Positions 48,454 to 59,918 of a stretch of DNA of 64,000 nt are shown here, in pieces. The notes beneath the pieces are model-generated. The model was not told the DNA's origin and ran no database searches. It saw only the letters and a list, made by a program, of their open reading frames with translations. Origin of the DNA: Mobula hypostoma. Lineage: Eukaryota. Each line of letters starts with the position of its first letter. Positions within the stretch are counted from its first letter, which is position 1. Both the position numbers and the translations under genes were made by a program. The stretch spans positions 111,540,001 through 111,604,000 of the forward strand of contig NC_086097.1 of the NCBI RefSeq assembly GCF_963921235.1, read 5' to 3'.

Positions 48454-48591
48454 GTTATTTTGGTTGTGAATGAAGCAGCCAAGGATACAATCCCAGAGGA
48501 GTTAAGTCTTGCACTTGTTCTGACTATATATGAAGCTAAAGGTCTGGAATTTGACGATGTCCTCCTTTATAATTTCTTCACTGATTCTGAG
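48454..48591 (+). CDS. TRANK1: TRANK1 exon (window exon 12; helicase motif V)
   Basis: tgcag| VILVVNE...LVLTIYEAKGLEFDDVLLYNFFTDSE |gtaacg. Phase 0/0. Confidence 0.95.
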
Positions 48592-48724
48592 GTAACGATA
48601 TTTATTCATTTGATATTGCTAATCACCTTTTCAGTAGATTTTACAGTTCCGTTCCTGATCTCTTCCTCGCCTGAGTTATAAAGGAAGTTAATTCCCAGTG
48701 ATTTGTCTCCCCACTTTGACTTTT

Positions 48725-49090
48725 ATTTATTTTAGTTAGAGATTTAGCATGGAATAGATCCTTCCAGCCCTTTGAGCTGTGCTGCCTAGCAACCCACCAA
48801 CTTCACCCTAGCCCAGGGTTCCCAACCTTTTTTATGCCATGGACCAACACCATTAAGCAAAGGGTCGGTGAACCCCAGGTTGGGAACCCCTGCCCTAGCC
48901 TAATCACGGAACAATTTACAATAACAAATTAACCAACTAATGAGCATATCTTTAGACTGTGGGAGGAAACCGGAGCACCCAAGGGAAATCCATGCCCGCA
49001 TGGGAAGGAACATACAAACTTGCTTCCAGAGTATACCAGAATTGAACTCTGAACTCTGACGCCCTGACCTGTAATAACATCGCAATAACT
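48725..49090 (-). mobile_element. V-SINE-like element interrupted by a hAT MITE
   Basis: B box GAGTTCAATTCT; V-domain-like GGATTTCCCTTGGGTGCTCCGGTTTCCTCCCACAGT. Confidence 0.7.
48814..48892. mobile_element. 79-bp hAT (Charlie-like) MITE with 8-bp TSD
   Basis: TIRs CAGGGTTCCCAACC and GGTTGGGAACCCCTG. TSD CCCTAGCC at 48806-48813 and 48893-48900. Confidence 0.92.
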
Positions 49091-49242
49091 ACTTCAAGAG
49101 CCCCTAATCTGAAATTTGTTAAAATTGAAATTGGTTTCATGCAGATTTTCAGGCACATAACCAAGTGTTTCCAACTGGTGCCAAAGCTCTGGAGTCAGAG
49201 CTCAAATAATGTGCAAAGGTCGAGTATACAGAGAACATGAGG

Positions 49243-49475
49243 GAAAAACTTGTGACAAATGTCTAAACCTCCTTTTGACACAAAATGGAAGGCAACAAAG
49301 ACTCAGTGGTTTGTTTAAAAAATTAGATGGTACTGCATGCAAACTTGAACATATTGGGCTGTGAATCCATAGGAAAGTCATGAAAGCAGTGAAAAGATTT
49401 TCCCAGCCAATCTTTAAACATGTTAGGACTTTGAATATTTTTGTGGCATTGGAAGTATAAATTAATGTAAATTGA
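49243..49475 (+). repeat. Unclassified repeat of about 235 bp; inverted copy at 56482-56712
   Basis: Direct reverse-complement similarity (TGTGACAAAyGTCTAAACCTCCTTTTGACACAAAATGGAA...GTATAAATTAATGTAAATT). Confidence 0.8.
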
Positions 49476-49599
49476 CAACAGGAGACACAAAAGCATTCAA
49501 TTTCAGGACATTTCAATTGTTTAACAATTAAAATATTTAATAATTGTTTAATGGAACAGACTGCTGACAGATTAAAGAAAGGTACAAAAATAGATTGTC

Positions 49600-50155
49600 G
49601 TCATGTGTGAGTCAACTTTTCCAGTATAGGCTGGGATCCCCTTGGTGCAGGATAGTTAGACTGGGTAGAACTTGTTAGGTACATTCAGGAGAGTTTCTTA
49701 AAACTCAAGACGAGAAATAGGACAGTCAGGAGAATCCATGATTGGTCCTTGGCAAGTAAGATTATAGAGAATCCTAAGTACCGAGAGGATGACTAGGGCG
49801 AGGGTAGGACCAGTCAAGAATAAAGGAGGGAACATGAACATCAATGTGTAGTACATAACTGAGGTCTTAAATGAGTACTTTGCATCATTACTTCCCAAAG
49901 GAGGAGTAGGGTAGTGTGATCTGTTGGAATGTGCTAATGTGCATTCTGAGGTGATGTTGAGTCTCTTGAAGAACATTAAGGTGGTTAAGTCCCCAGGGCC
50001 TGATGGGAAATACCCCAGGTTATTGAGAGAGGCATGAAATGAGATTGCTGCTGGCTTGACCAAGACATTTGGACCCTCTGTAGCCACGGATGATGTCCCA
50101 GAGGACGGTGCATAATTACTGTTGTTCTCTTCTTCACAAAGGGAAATTGGGATAA
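49600..50155 (+). mobile_element. Decayed CR1 fragment
   Basis: LNEYFASL; LKNIKVVKSPGPDGKYPRLLRE. Confidence 0.7.
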
Positions 50156-50159
50156 CTCA

Positions 50160-52760
50160 TCAGACTAAACACACTGTCCTGATGAGGTATGTCAAGGAGA
50201 GGAAGATACAGAGGCTCAGCTGGTTTGTTAGTAGTGAGGGAATGATTGTGTCGAATACCAAACTGTAGTCAATAAATTTAACAGCCTGATTTATGTATTG
50301 CTGTTGTCCAGGTACTCCAAAGTTGAGTGGAGAGTCAGTGCGATTGTATCTGCTGTAGACTTGTTGTGGCATTAGGCAGGTTTAAGCAGGTCCAGTTCCT
50401 TGCTCAGGCAGGAGTTAATTCTAGCCATGACCAACCTCTCAAAGCACTTCAACATAGTAAATGTGAGTGCTACCGGGTGATAGTCTTTGTGGCAACTAAC
50501 CCTGCTCTCACGGGCAGCAGTATGAGTGATGCCCTTTTGAAGCACGTGGGACCCACCAGCTGCGGCAGCGAGAGTGAAGAAACCCTCCAGCCAGTACACC
50601 ATTTTCAATACCTTGCCAGGTACACCGTTGGGACCTAATATCTTGTGCAGGTTCACCCTCCTGAAGGATGTCCTGACCTCAGCCTTTGAGACAGAATATA
50701 GAGTCACCAGATACTGTGGCAATCTGTGCAGGCATATTGTTATTCTCCCTTTCAAAGCATTCACAAAAGGCTTTGAGCTCTTCTAGGTGTGAAGCATCAC
50801 AGCCATTTCTGCTGTTAGGTTTCACCTCATATTTTTGAGGGCATTCTCTGTAAATCTATAGGATAATAACCATAATAGAATCAATGAAAGACCGCACAAA
50901 GGTCATTCAACCAGACAACAAACTGTGCAAATACAAAAGGAAGAAAGCAGGAGGAGAGCGCGTGCGCAGCCCTCTGGTGAAAAATGATATCGTATCCGTT
51001 AAATAGGGGCCGTGGACAATTCTGATTTAATGTAGAGGGACGTGAAAGCACAGAGGAACATCTGGAAAATTTTCTGAAACACTTGTTCGCTGCTGTCGTT
51101 ACTGCACGGTCGGGAATCTTTCGGAGGGAAGGCCTCAAAATCCCCGGCTTTGCCTGCTGTTGGCGACCGAGAAGGAGGTCGAATCATTCGGATAGAGATG
51201 GCGCTCAGTACTCGGTGTCGGAGAGCTGATCAGAGCTCAAAGTTTTGGGATGACTAAGAGTTGGACCGTGGTCGGTATGGCAGGGAGAGTTTTTCTTCCT
51301 TCTCCCGTCTGCGTGAGATGTGGGACATTTGAGAGACGTTGAACTTTTACTGTGCTCATGGACTTCTTCATCAAGTTATGGTATTGTTGCACTGTTGTAA
51401 CTATATGTTATAATTATGTGGTTTTGTTAGTTTTTTTCAGTCTTGATCTGTCCTGTGTTTTTGTGATATCACACTGGAGGAAATATTGTATCATTTCTTA
51501 ATGCATGCATTACTAAATGACAATAAAAGAGGACTGCGTGTCTTCATAATCTAAATTAGCAATAAATATTGAGAATATGAGATGAAGAGTCCTTGAAAGT
51601 GAGTCCAATGGTTGTGTGAACATTTCACTAGTGAGGCAAGTGAAACTGAGTGAAGTTATTCCCTTTGGTTCAAGGGTCTGATGGTTGAGGGGTAGTAACT
51701 GTTCCTGAACCTGGTGGTGTGAGTCCTGAAACTCCTTTACCCGTTTCCTGATGGCAGCAGTGAGAAGACAGCATGTCCTGGTGGTGAGGTCCCTGGTGAT
51801 GGATGCTGCTTTCCTGTGACTGTGTTTCACGTAGATGTGCTCAATGGTTGGGAAGGCCTTACCCATGATGGACTGGGCTCTATCCACCACTTTTTGCAGG
51901 ATTTTCCATTCAAGAGCATTAATAACACCAAAGAATATAAAGTGGCTAACCCTCTCCACCTCTGATCTTCCAATGAGAATTGACTCATGCACCTCTGGTT
52001 GCAATCTCCTGGTCAATAATCAGCTCCTTGGTCTTGATAACATTGAGAAAGAGGTTGTTGTTACGAAGTTGTAGCTGTTTTGAGGTAAGAGACGCAACGG
52101 AGTGCACAGCAGCTATGGCATTTACCTTATGGCTGTTACCTCCTATAAGGCGTAACTGAAGATAAATGGCTGTGGTGCTTCATTCCTCAAACTCAAGGCA
52201 TTTTATGCATGTGTTGAAAGAGAGACTAAAACTACACTCATGCGGATCTCCACAGCATCTGGCAAAACGAATCTCTGCATTGAAGCTCACAGGTCCCGGC
52301 ATTCACGCTCCTGAAGAATGTACTGAAAACCTGTGCTGATCAACTGACTGGAGCGTTCAAGCCCATCTTCAACCTCTCACTACTGTAGTTGGAGATTCCC
52401 AAAAGCTTCAAAGGGGCATCTATCATACGGTGCCCAAGAAGAGCAGTGTGAGCTTCCTCAACGACTGTTGCCCAGTAGCACTCACATCCACTGTGATGAA
52501 GTGGTTTGAGAGGTTCATCATGGCTAGAACTAACTCCTGCCTGAGTGAGGACCTGGACTCACTGTGATATGCCTACTGCTACAGCAGGTCTATTGTAGAT
52601 GTAAACTTACCAGCTTTCCACTTGATCTTGGACCTCCAAGACATCTGTAATACCTGTGGTATGCTACTACATATTAATTGCAGCTTGGGGTTCAATGCCA
52701 TCATCCCATCAGTGCCAAAGAACAAGCTTCAAAGCCTGGGCTTCTGTACCTATTCATCAT
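50160..52760. mobile_element. Cluster of Rex1/Babar-like LINE fragments (minus 50160-50820 and 51555-52070; plus 52280-52760)
   Basis: DYHPVALTFTMLKCFERLVMARINSCL; ILQKVVDRAQSIMG; plus-strand PVALTSTVMKWFERF. Confidence 0.75.
50947..51552 (+). mobile_element. Bipartite non-autonomous retroelement (copy 2), nested in a Rex-like 3' UTR
   Basis: Highly similar to the reverse complement of 55646-56246; same 3' hairpins and CATAATCT tail. Confidence 0.8.
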
Positions 52761-52775
52761 AATAGTGTTGTAAGG

Positions 52776-53627
52776 CAGTGGTGGTGCATGTGGGAGGAAA
52801 TGATAGGATTTGGCGATATGAGTCAGCTGCACCTTTCCTCAATCCCTGTCACGCACTGTTGAACTTGAACGCACACAAGGTCATCAGTGACTCAAGACGT
52901 GCAAAGGAATGGGTCCGTGACCCATTTGTGAATGTCCCCAGTGAATCATCCATGTCAACGCAGGAAAAAGATCAACTCCTCGAGCTTGCAATTAACGGTG
53001 GGCTGAAAAGTATGTTTGACATAACATCTCTGCCGGCATTCTGGATCAAAGTCAAGGCTGAATATCCTGAGATAGCCACAAAAGCACTGAAAACGTTGCT
53101 TCCATTTCCAACATTATATCGCTGCGAAGCGGTGTTTTTTTGCAATGAATACAACGAAAACTAAATTGCGGAATAGACTGGACATAAGGAACCCCCTTCG
53201 AGTATCACTGTCTCCCATCACACCTGGATGGGACCGTTTTGTTGCAGGAAAACAAGCCCAGGGCACCCACTGATTCAGCGATATTGGTGTGTTGCAATGA
53301 CTTTATATGTTCATATGAGGAAAATGTGCACTGTGTGTTTAATATCCAAATGTTACTTAAAATGTTACGATGCTATTGACTTATAATTAACTTATCAATA
53401 TTCATGTGAGGAAAATGTGCGCTGTGTGTTTAATATTAAATGTGTTAGATAAACCCTTTTAGAAATGAAATTGAGTGTATTAGCCACTTATAAGTGACTT
53501 ATAGTTGACTTATCACCTATACTCCGGTCGTGATTAACATCCCCCCCCCCCCCCCCGGTTGGCGGGTCCGCAAGAATATTGTCAATATTAAACCGGTCCA
53601 CGGTGCAAAAAAGGTTGGGGAACCCTG
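52776..53627 (+). mobile_element. Internally deleted hAT/Charlie element with C-terminal transposase remnant and 8-bp TSD
   Basis: WVRDPF...LPAFWIKVKAEYPEIATKALKTLLPFPTLYRCEA (hAT dimerisation domain). Right TIR AGGTTGGGGAACCCTG. TSD TTGTAAGG at 52768-52775 and 53628-53635. Confidence 0.9.
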
Positions 53628-53940
53628 TTGTAAGGACATCAGCCTGAAACTATGAATGTTTCTGTCTCGTGAACTACTGAGCAAGAGCAGCAGAAAGAGG
53701 TGATTCCGATTTTTTTTTTACAGATTTCAAGCAACAGCACTTCCTTGATTTTTGGTTCTATTCATGTAGTAGAGTAGAACTGATTGTGATCAGTGGAAGT
53801 GGAGAAAAAGCATGGCAGACGGTTGTTATGAAGAGTTGATTGTAATGCATAGCACCCACCTGCACTCCTTACAATCCTTCCTGAAGATCAATGCCTGAAG
53901 AGTATACTGAATATATTCTTTCTTTTCCTTATCTCTGCAG

Positions 53941-54081
53941 GCTGATAAGGAATGGCGGGTCATCTCTTCCTTTCAACCTTCACCTCAGTCAAAAGACCAC
54001 CAAGAAGTATTACTAGCTCAACCTTTGGATGATGTCGTTCCTCAAAGCAGGCCCCTTGCATTCAATTCAGAGAGGCACAAG
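53941..54081 (+). CDS. TRANK1: TRANK1 exon (window exon 13)
   Basis: tgcag| ADKEWRVISSFQP...RPLAFNSERHK |gtaaaa. 141 nt, phase 0/0; not in the ORF track. Confidence 0.9.
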
Positions 54082-54424
54082 GTAAAACTGGGACACTATA
54101 TTTTGTCAGATATAAATGAGAAGGATTTATTCCAGTGTACCATGGCTATGTGGGTACCACTGCATTCCACATCACGCTGAACTAGTTGCTACTGAAGCTG
54201 CAGAACTGCTTTTGCCACAGGCTAGTTCATTTGTGAGTTGTTGTAATCCACACAGCCATTTTGTCACAGTCATTAGGTGTAAGGTCTAACCCCATTGTTT
54301 TATTTTTGTCTCCAATATGTTTAGCTACTCTCAGGTAAATAATATCACTCTGTTACGGATACAGTGTGCTGTTCAGTGAAAGAGCCTCATCGTGCAGATA
54401 TTCTTGAGCACTATCACAGGCAAT

Positions 54425-57400
54425 CCATAAGACACAGGAACAGAATTAGACCTTTCATCCATCACATCTGTGTCACCATTCAATCATGCTTGATTTTATT
54501 ATCCCTCCCAACCTTGTTCTCTGGTCTTTCCCCTGTAACCTTTGACATCCCTACTAATCAAGAAACTACCAACCTCTGCTTTAAATATACCCAATAGATT
54601 GGCCTCCACAGCTGTCTACAGCAATGAGTTCCACAGATTCACCACCCTCTGGCTAAAGAAATCCATGCCATTGCTGTAGTAAGGGACATCCTTCTATTCT
54701 GATCCTGGACCCCTTCACAAGAGGAAACGTCCTCTCCACATCCATTCTATCTAATCCTTTTAACATTTGATATGTTTCAATGAGATGCTCCCCCCCCACC
54801 CTATTCTTCTAAACTCAAGCAAGTACAAGCCAAAGCTGACAAATGCTTCTCATACATTAACCCTTTCATTATCATTAAACTCCTCTGGACCTACTTCAAT
54901 GCCAGCACATCCTTTCCTAGATGAAGGGCTCAAAATTGCTCATAATACTCCAGGTGCAGCCTGACCAACGCCTTATTACATTACATTACATTACATCCTT
55001 GCTCTTGTATTCTCGTCCTTTCGCAATGAATCCTGTCGTTACATTTGCCTTCCTTACCACCAACTCAACTTGTAAGTTAAGCTTTAGGGAATCATGAACA
55101 CCCTGGATTTCCGAATTTTCTCCTCACTTAGAAAGTAATCTGCTCCTTTATTCCTTCTACCAAAGTGTATGACTGTATACTTCCCTACACTATATTCCAT
55201 CTGCCACTTTTTTGCTCATTCTCCCAATCTATCTAAATTTTTCTGCAGATGCCAATCCTGCCTGCCCCTCCACCCGTCTTTGTATTGACCACAAACTTGG
55301 CCAGAAAGCTATCAATTCCATTATCCGTATAACATCAAAAGAGGTGTTCCCAACACCCACGAGTCACTAGCAGCCAACTAGAAAAGGCTCCCTTTATTCC
55401 CTCTCTTTCCCTCAGCCAACCTTCTATCCATTCTAGTATCTTTTCTGTGTTACAATGGGCTCTTGTTAAGCAGCCTCATGTGCGGCACCTTGTCAAAAGC
55501 CTGAAAATCCAAGTAAACAACATCCACTGATTCTCCTTTGTCTTTCCTGCCTGTTCTTTCCTCAAGGAGTTCCAATAGATTTGTCATGTACGAGTTCCCC
55601 AATTTTATCATATGCCTCCCTGCATCCCAAAAATTCATTCTTAATCCTCTTTTATTGTCATTTAGTAATGCATGCATTAAGAAATGATACATTATTTCCT
55701 CCGGTGTGATATCACAAAACACAGGACAAACCAAGACTGAAAAAACTGACAAAACCACATAATTATACATATAATTATAACAGTGCACAATACATAACTT
55801 GATGAAGAAAGTCCATGAGCACAGTAAAGTTCAAAGTTTCTCAAATGTACCACATCTCACGCAGTCGGGAGAGGGAAGAAAAACTCTCCCTGCCATGCCG
55901 ACCATAATCTGACTCTGAGTCATCCGAAAACTTCAAGCTCTGATCAGCTCTCCGACACCGAGTACTGAGCGCCATCTCTGTCCAAGCGATTTGACCTCCT
56001 TCTTGGTCGCCAAAAGTAGGCAAGGCCCGGGATTTTGAGGCCTACCCTCCGAAAGATTCCCGACCACACAGTAATGACAGCAGCGGATGGGCGTTTCAGA
56101 AATTTCTCCAGATGTTCCTCTGTGATTTCACATCCATTCTCCATCAAATCAGAATTGTCCACAGCCCCTATTTAACAGATACAACATCATTGTTCACCAG
56201 AGAGCTGCGCACGCACGGCGCGCTGCCATCTTCTCCTCCCTCCTGCCTTCTTAAAGAGTGAAGTGACATTTACAATTTTCTAGTCTTTTTGGAATCTTTC
56301 GAGAATCCTGCAATTTTTGAAGGGTCACTACTATGCCTCCAAAATCTCTTCAGCTGCCTCTTTCAGAACCTTGGGGTGTAGTCCATCTGGTCCAGGTGTC
56401 TTACCTACTGTATGACCTTTCAGCTTCCCGAGCACCTCCTCCTTGGTAATAGCAACTACATTCACTTCTGTCCCCTGAACATTAATTTACATTAATTTAT
56501 ACTTCCAATGCAACAAAAATATTCAAAATCCTAACATGTTTTAAAGATTGGTTGTGAAAATCTTTTCACTGCTTTCACGACTTTCCTGCGGATTCACAAC
56601 CCAATATGTTCAAGTTTGCATGGAGTACCATCTAATTTTTTAAACAAACCACTGAGTCTTCGTTGCATTCCATTTTGTGTCAAAAGGAGGTTTAGACGTT
56701 TGTCACAGGTTTTTTGGCATACTGCTAGTGTCTTCCACAGCGAAGACCAACACGAAATACTTATTAAGTTTTCCTCCATTTCTACAGTACGTATGACCCC
56801 CATTACTACTTCTGGTATCCTCTTTTATATTCTTGGCCAACAAACCTTAATATTTCAGCTTTTCTCTTCCTATTGTTTTTTTAGTTGCCTTTTGTTGGTT
56901 TTTAAAACCTTTCTATTCTTCTAACATCCCATTATTTTTTGCTATACCATATGCCCTCTTTTGCTTAATACTGTCTTTGGCTTCCCTTGTCAGCTACAGT
57001 TGCCTTATCCTCCCTTTGGAATACTTCTTTGGCACAAGTCTTTCATGTGCCTTTGGAATTGCTCCCAGAAACTCCAGCCATTGCTGTTCTGCTGTCATCC
57101 CTGCTAGTGTCCCCTTCCAATCAATGCTGGCCAGCTCCTTTATCATACCTCTGTACTTCCCTTTACACCACTGTAGAACTGATACATCTGATTTTAGGTT
57201 CTCCCTCTCAAACTGTAGGGTTAATTTTTATCATATTATGATCACTGTCTCCTAACGGTTCTTTTACCTTAAGCTCTAATCAAATCTGTTTCATTTCACC
57301 ACATCCAATCCAAATATGCCTTTCTCTAGTGGGCTCAACCACAAGCTGCTCTAAAAAGCCATCTTATATTCATTATACAATTTCCTTCTCTTGGGATCCA

Positions 57401-57490
57401 GCACCAATGTGATTTTCCAAACCTGCCTGCATATTGAAATCCTCCGTGACTATCATAACATTGTCCTTTTTACATGTCTTTGCTATGTCC
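54425..57490 (-). mobile_element. Decayed CR1-clade LINE with nested insertions
   Basis: DKGESVDVVYLDFQAFDKVPHMRLL. Endonuclease-side remnants extend to about 57490; tail at about 54425. Confidence 0.75.
55646..56246 (-). mobile_element. Bipartite non-autonomous retroelement (copy 3)
   Basis: 5' end GGAGGGAGGAGAAGATGGCAGCG; inverted relative to 50947-51552. Confidence 0.8.
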
Positions 57491-57989
57491 TGTAATGCAA
57501 TCTATCCTTGTGAAGCAATAACAGCCAAGTCTGGTATAGAATTAGAATCCCCAATTGTTTCATTCCAAATCTGGATATTATGAAGTAAAGGATGCACTTG
57601 AGTAATTAATTTTGATCTATTTTATGGTTGATTAATTTTGGTCATGTTATTTAATGTTGAAGCAGGCCCTTCAGTCCATTTTGTCCATGTTAGTTATCAC
57701 ACACACAACCTTCTTTGTTTTGGAATCCAACCTTTCATCTGAATACTGCTTTGCAAGATTATCTACTTCCATTACCTCCTTGGTGGTGTTTTGCAGATCT
57801 CAGCCACTTCACAGATGAAAAAAAATCTTCTTCAAATCACCCTATACCTTCCTTAAAACTACGCCCTCAGGTCATTGACTTCTCAGCTAAGGGAAAAAGT
57901 TTTTTTTTAATATCTCCATTTCTATTCCCTTTTTGAGACATAGAACACTACAGCACAGAAGCGGGCCCTTCTGCCCATCTAGTCCATGC

Positions 57990-59908
57990 TTAGAGCCTGT
58001 TACACTGCTGGTATTTAGGGCAACAATGAAGCTGCTCCATCCTTGGTAGTTGGCAAACCTTCCTCTCAGTTTTCACTACTGTCAGCCATGCAAGTCCCAG
58101 GTGGAGTCTCAGGAATAATAAGACCATAAGATATAGGAGCAGAAGTAGGCCTTCGGCCCATCAAGTCTGCTCCGCCATTCAATCATGGGCTGATCCAATT
58201 CTTCCAGTCATCCCCACTCCCCTGCTTTCACCCCATACCCTTTGATGCCCTGGCTAACCAAGAACCTATCTATTTCTGCCTTAAATACACCCAATGTCTT
58301 GGCCTCCACAGCCGCTCGTGGCGGCAAATTCCACAGATTTACCACCCGCTGACTAATTTCTCCGTATCTCAGTTCTAAAAGGACATCCTTCAATTCTGAA
58401 ATCATGCCCTCATGTCCTAGAATCCCCTACCATGGGAAATAACTTTGCCGTAACTAATCTGTTCTAGCCTTTTAACATTCGAAATGTTTCTATGAGATCC
58501 CCCCTCATTCTCCTGAACTCCAAGGAATACAACCCAAGAGCTGCCAGACGTTCTTCATACGGCAACCCTTTCATTCCTGGAATCATTGTCGTGAATCTTC
58601 TCTGAACCCTCTCCAATGTCAGTATATCCTTTCTAAAATAAGGAGCCCAAAACTTCACACAAGACTCCTAAGTGTGGTCTCACAAGTGCCTTATAGAGCG
58701 TCAACATCACATCCCTGCTCTTATATTCTATACCTCTATAAATGAATGCCAACATTGCATTCGCCTTCTTCACAACCAACTCAACCTGGAGGTTAACCTT
58801 TAGAGTATCTTGCACAAGGACTCCCAAGTCCCTTTGTATCTCTGCATTTTGAATTCTCTCCCCATCTAAATAATAGTCTGCCGGTTTATTTCTTCCACCA
58901 AAGTGCATGATCATACTCTTTCCAACACTGTATTTCATTTGCCACTTCTTTGCCCATTCCCCTAAACTATCTCAGTCTCTCTGTTTCCTCAACACTACCT
59001 GCTCCTCCACCTATCCTTGTATCATCAGCAAATTAAGCCACAAATCCATTAATCCCATAGTCCAAATCATTGACATACATCGTAAAAAGCAGCAGTCCCA
59101 ACACCAACCCCTGTGGAACTCCAGTGGTAACCAGCAGCCAGCCAGAATAGGATCCCTTTATTCCCACTCTCTGTTTTCTGCTGACCAACCAATGCTGCAC
59201 CCACACTGGTAACTTCCCTGTAATTCCATGGGCTCTTATCTTGCTGAGCAGCTCATGTGCAGCACCTTGTCAAAGGCCTTCTGAAAATCTAAATACACCA
59301 CATCTACTGCATCTACGTTGTCTGCCCTGCTTGTAATTTCCTCAAAGAATTGCAGTAGGTTTGTCAGGCAGGATTTTCCTTTCAGGAAACTATGCTGGCT
59401 TTGACCTGTCGTCATGTGCCTCCAGGTACTCCGTAATCTCCCTAACAATCGATTCCAACAACTTCCCAACCACTGATGTCAGGCTAACAGGTCTATAATT
59501 TTCCTTCTGCTGCCTCCCACCTTTCTTAAATAGCAGAGTAACATTTGCATTTTTCCAATCATCTGGTACAATGCCAGAACCTATCAATTCTTGAAAGATC
59601 ATCGTTAATGCCACCGCAATCTCTCCAGCGGCTTATACCAGTATCACACTCAAATATAGACTCTTCATTGCTGTTTCCATAACAATTTTCTTTCACCTGC
59701 CAGGGTTGTTAGCCCTGAGCTGAACCCCAAACCTAAAGGACCAGTGGACCATTCTCAGTCTGTCCTCTACGCTTTGACCTGTTCGACATGGGTGACCTTC
59801 CCAAGTGCCAAAGCATAAAGCCCTGATTCCAGGCAGCATAGCTGGCTGGGTCATTGAGGCATGCAAACCTCCAAACCACATCAAGGTTGTGGTTCTCTTG
59901 GAGGCATG
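57990..59908 (-). mobile_element. RTE-derived non-autonomous element with 10-bp TSD, split by a CR1 insertion
   Basis: TSD TAGTCCATGC at 57980-57989 and 59909-59918. RTE-like 5' UTR at about 59640-59900 (CAACCTTGATGTGG...CTCAATGACCC...GGTCCACTGG) and RTE-like 3' end at about 57990-58115. Confidence 0.7.
58117..59630 (-). mobile_element. Relatively young 5'-truncated CR1-clade LINE
   Basis: ENYRPVSLTSVVGK, YLDFQKAFDKV, KKANAMLAFI, LERVQRRFT; TCTTATGGTCTTAT tail. Confidence 0.88.
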
Positions 59909-59918
59909 TAGTCCATGC

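Noticed and set aside
52778..53164. Domesticated ZBED/SCAND-like gene
   Set aside because: Only a C-terminal transposase fragment that frameshifts, bounded by a TIR and an 8-bp TSD.
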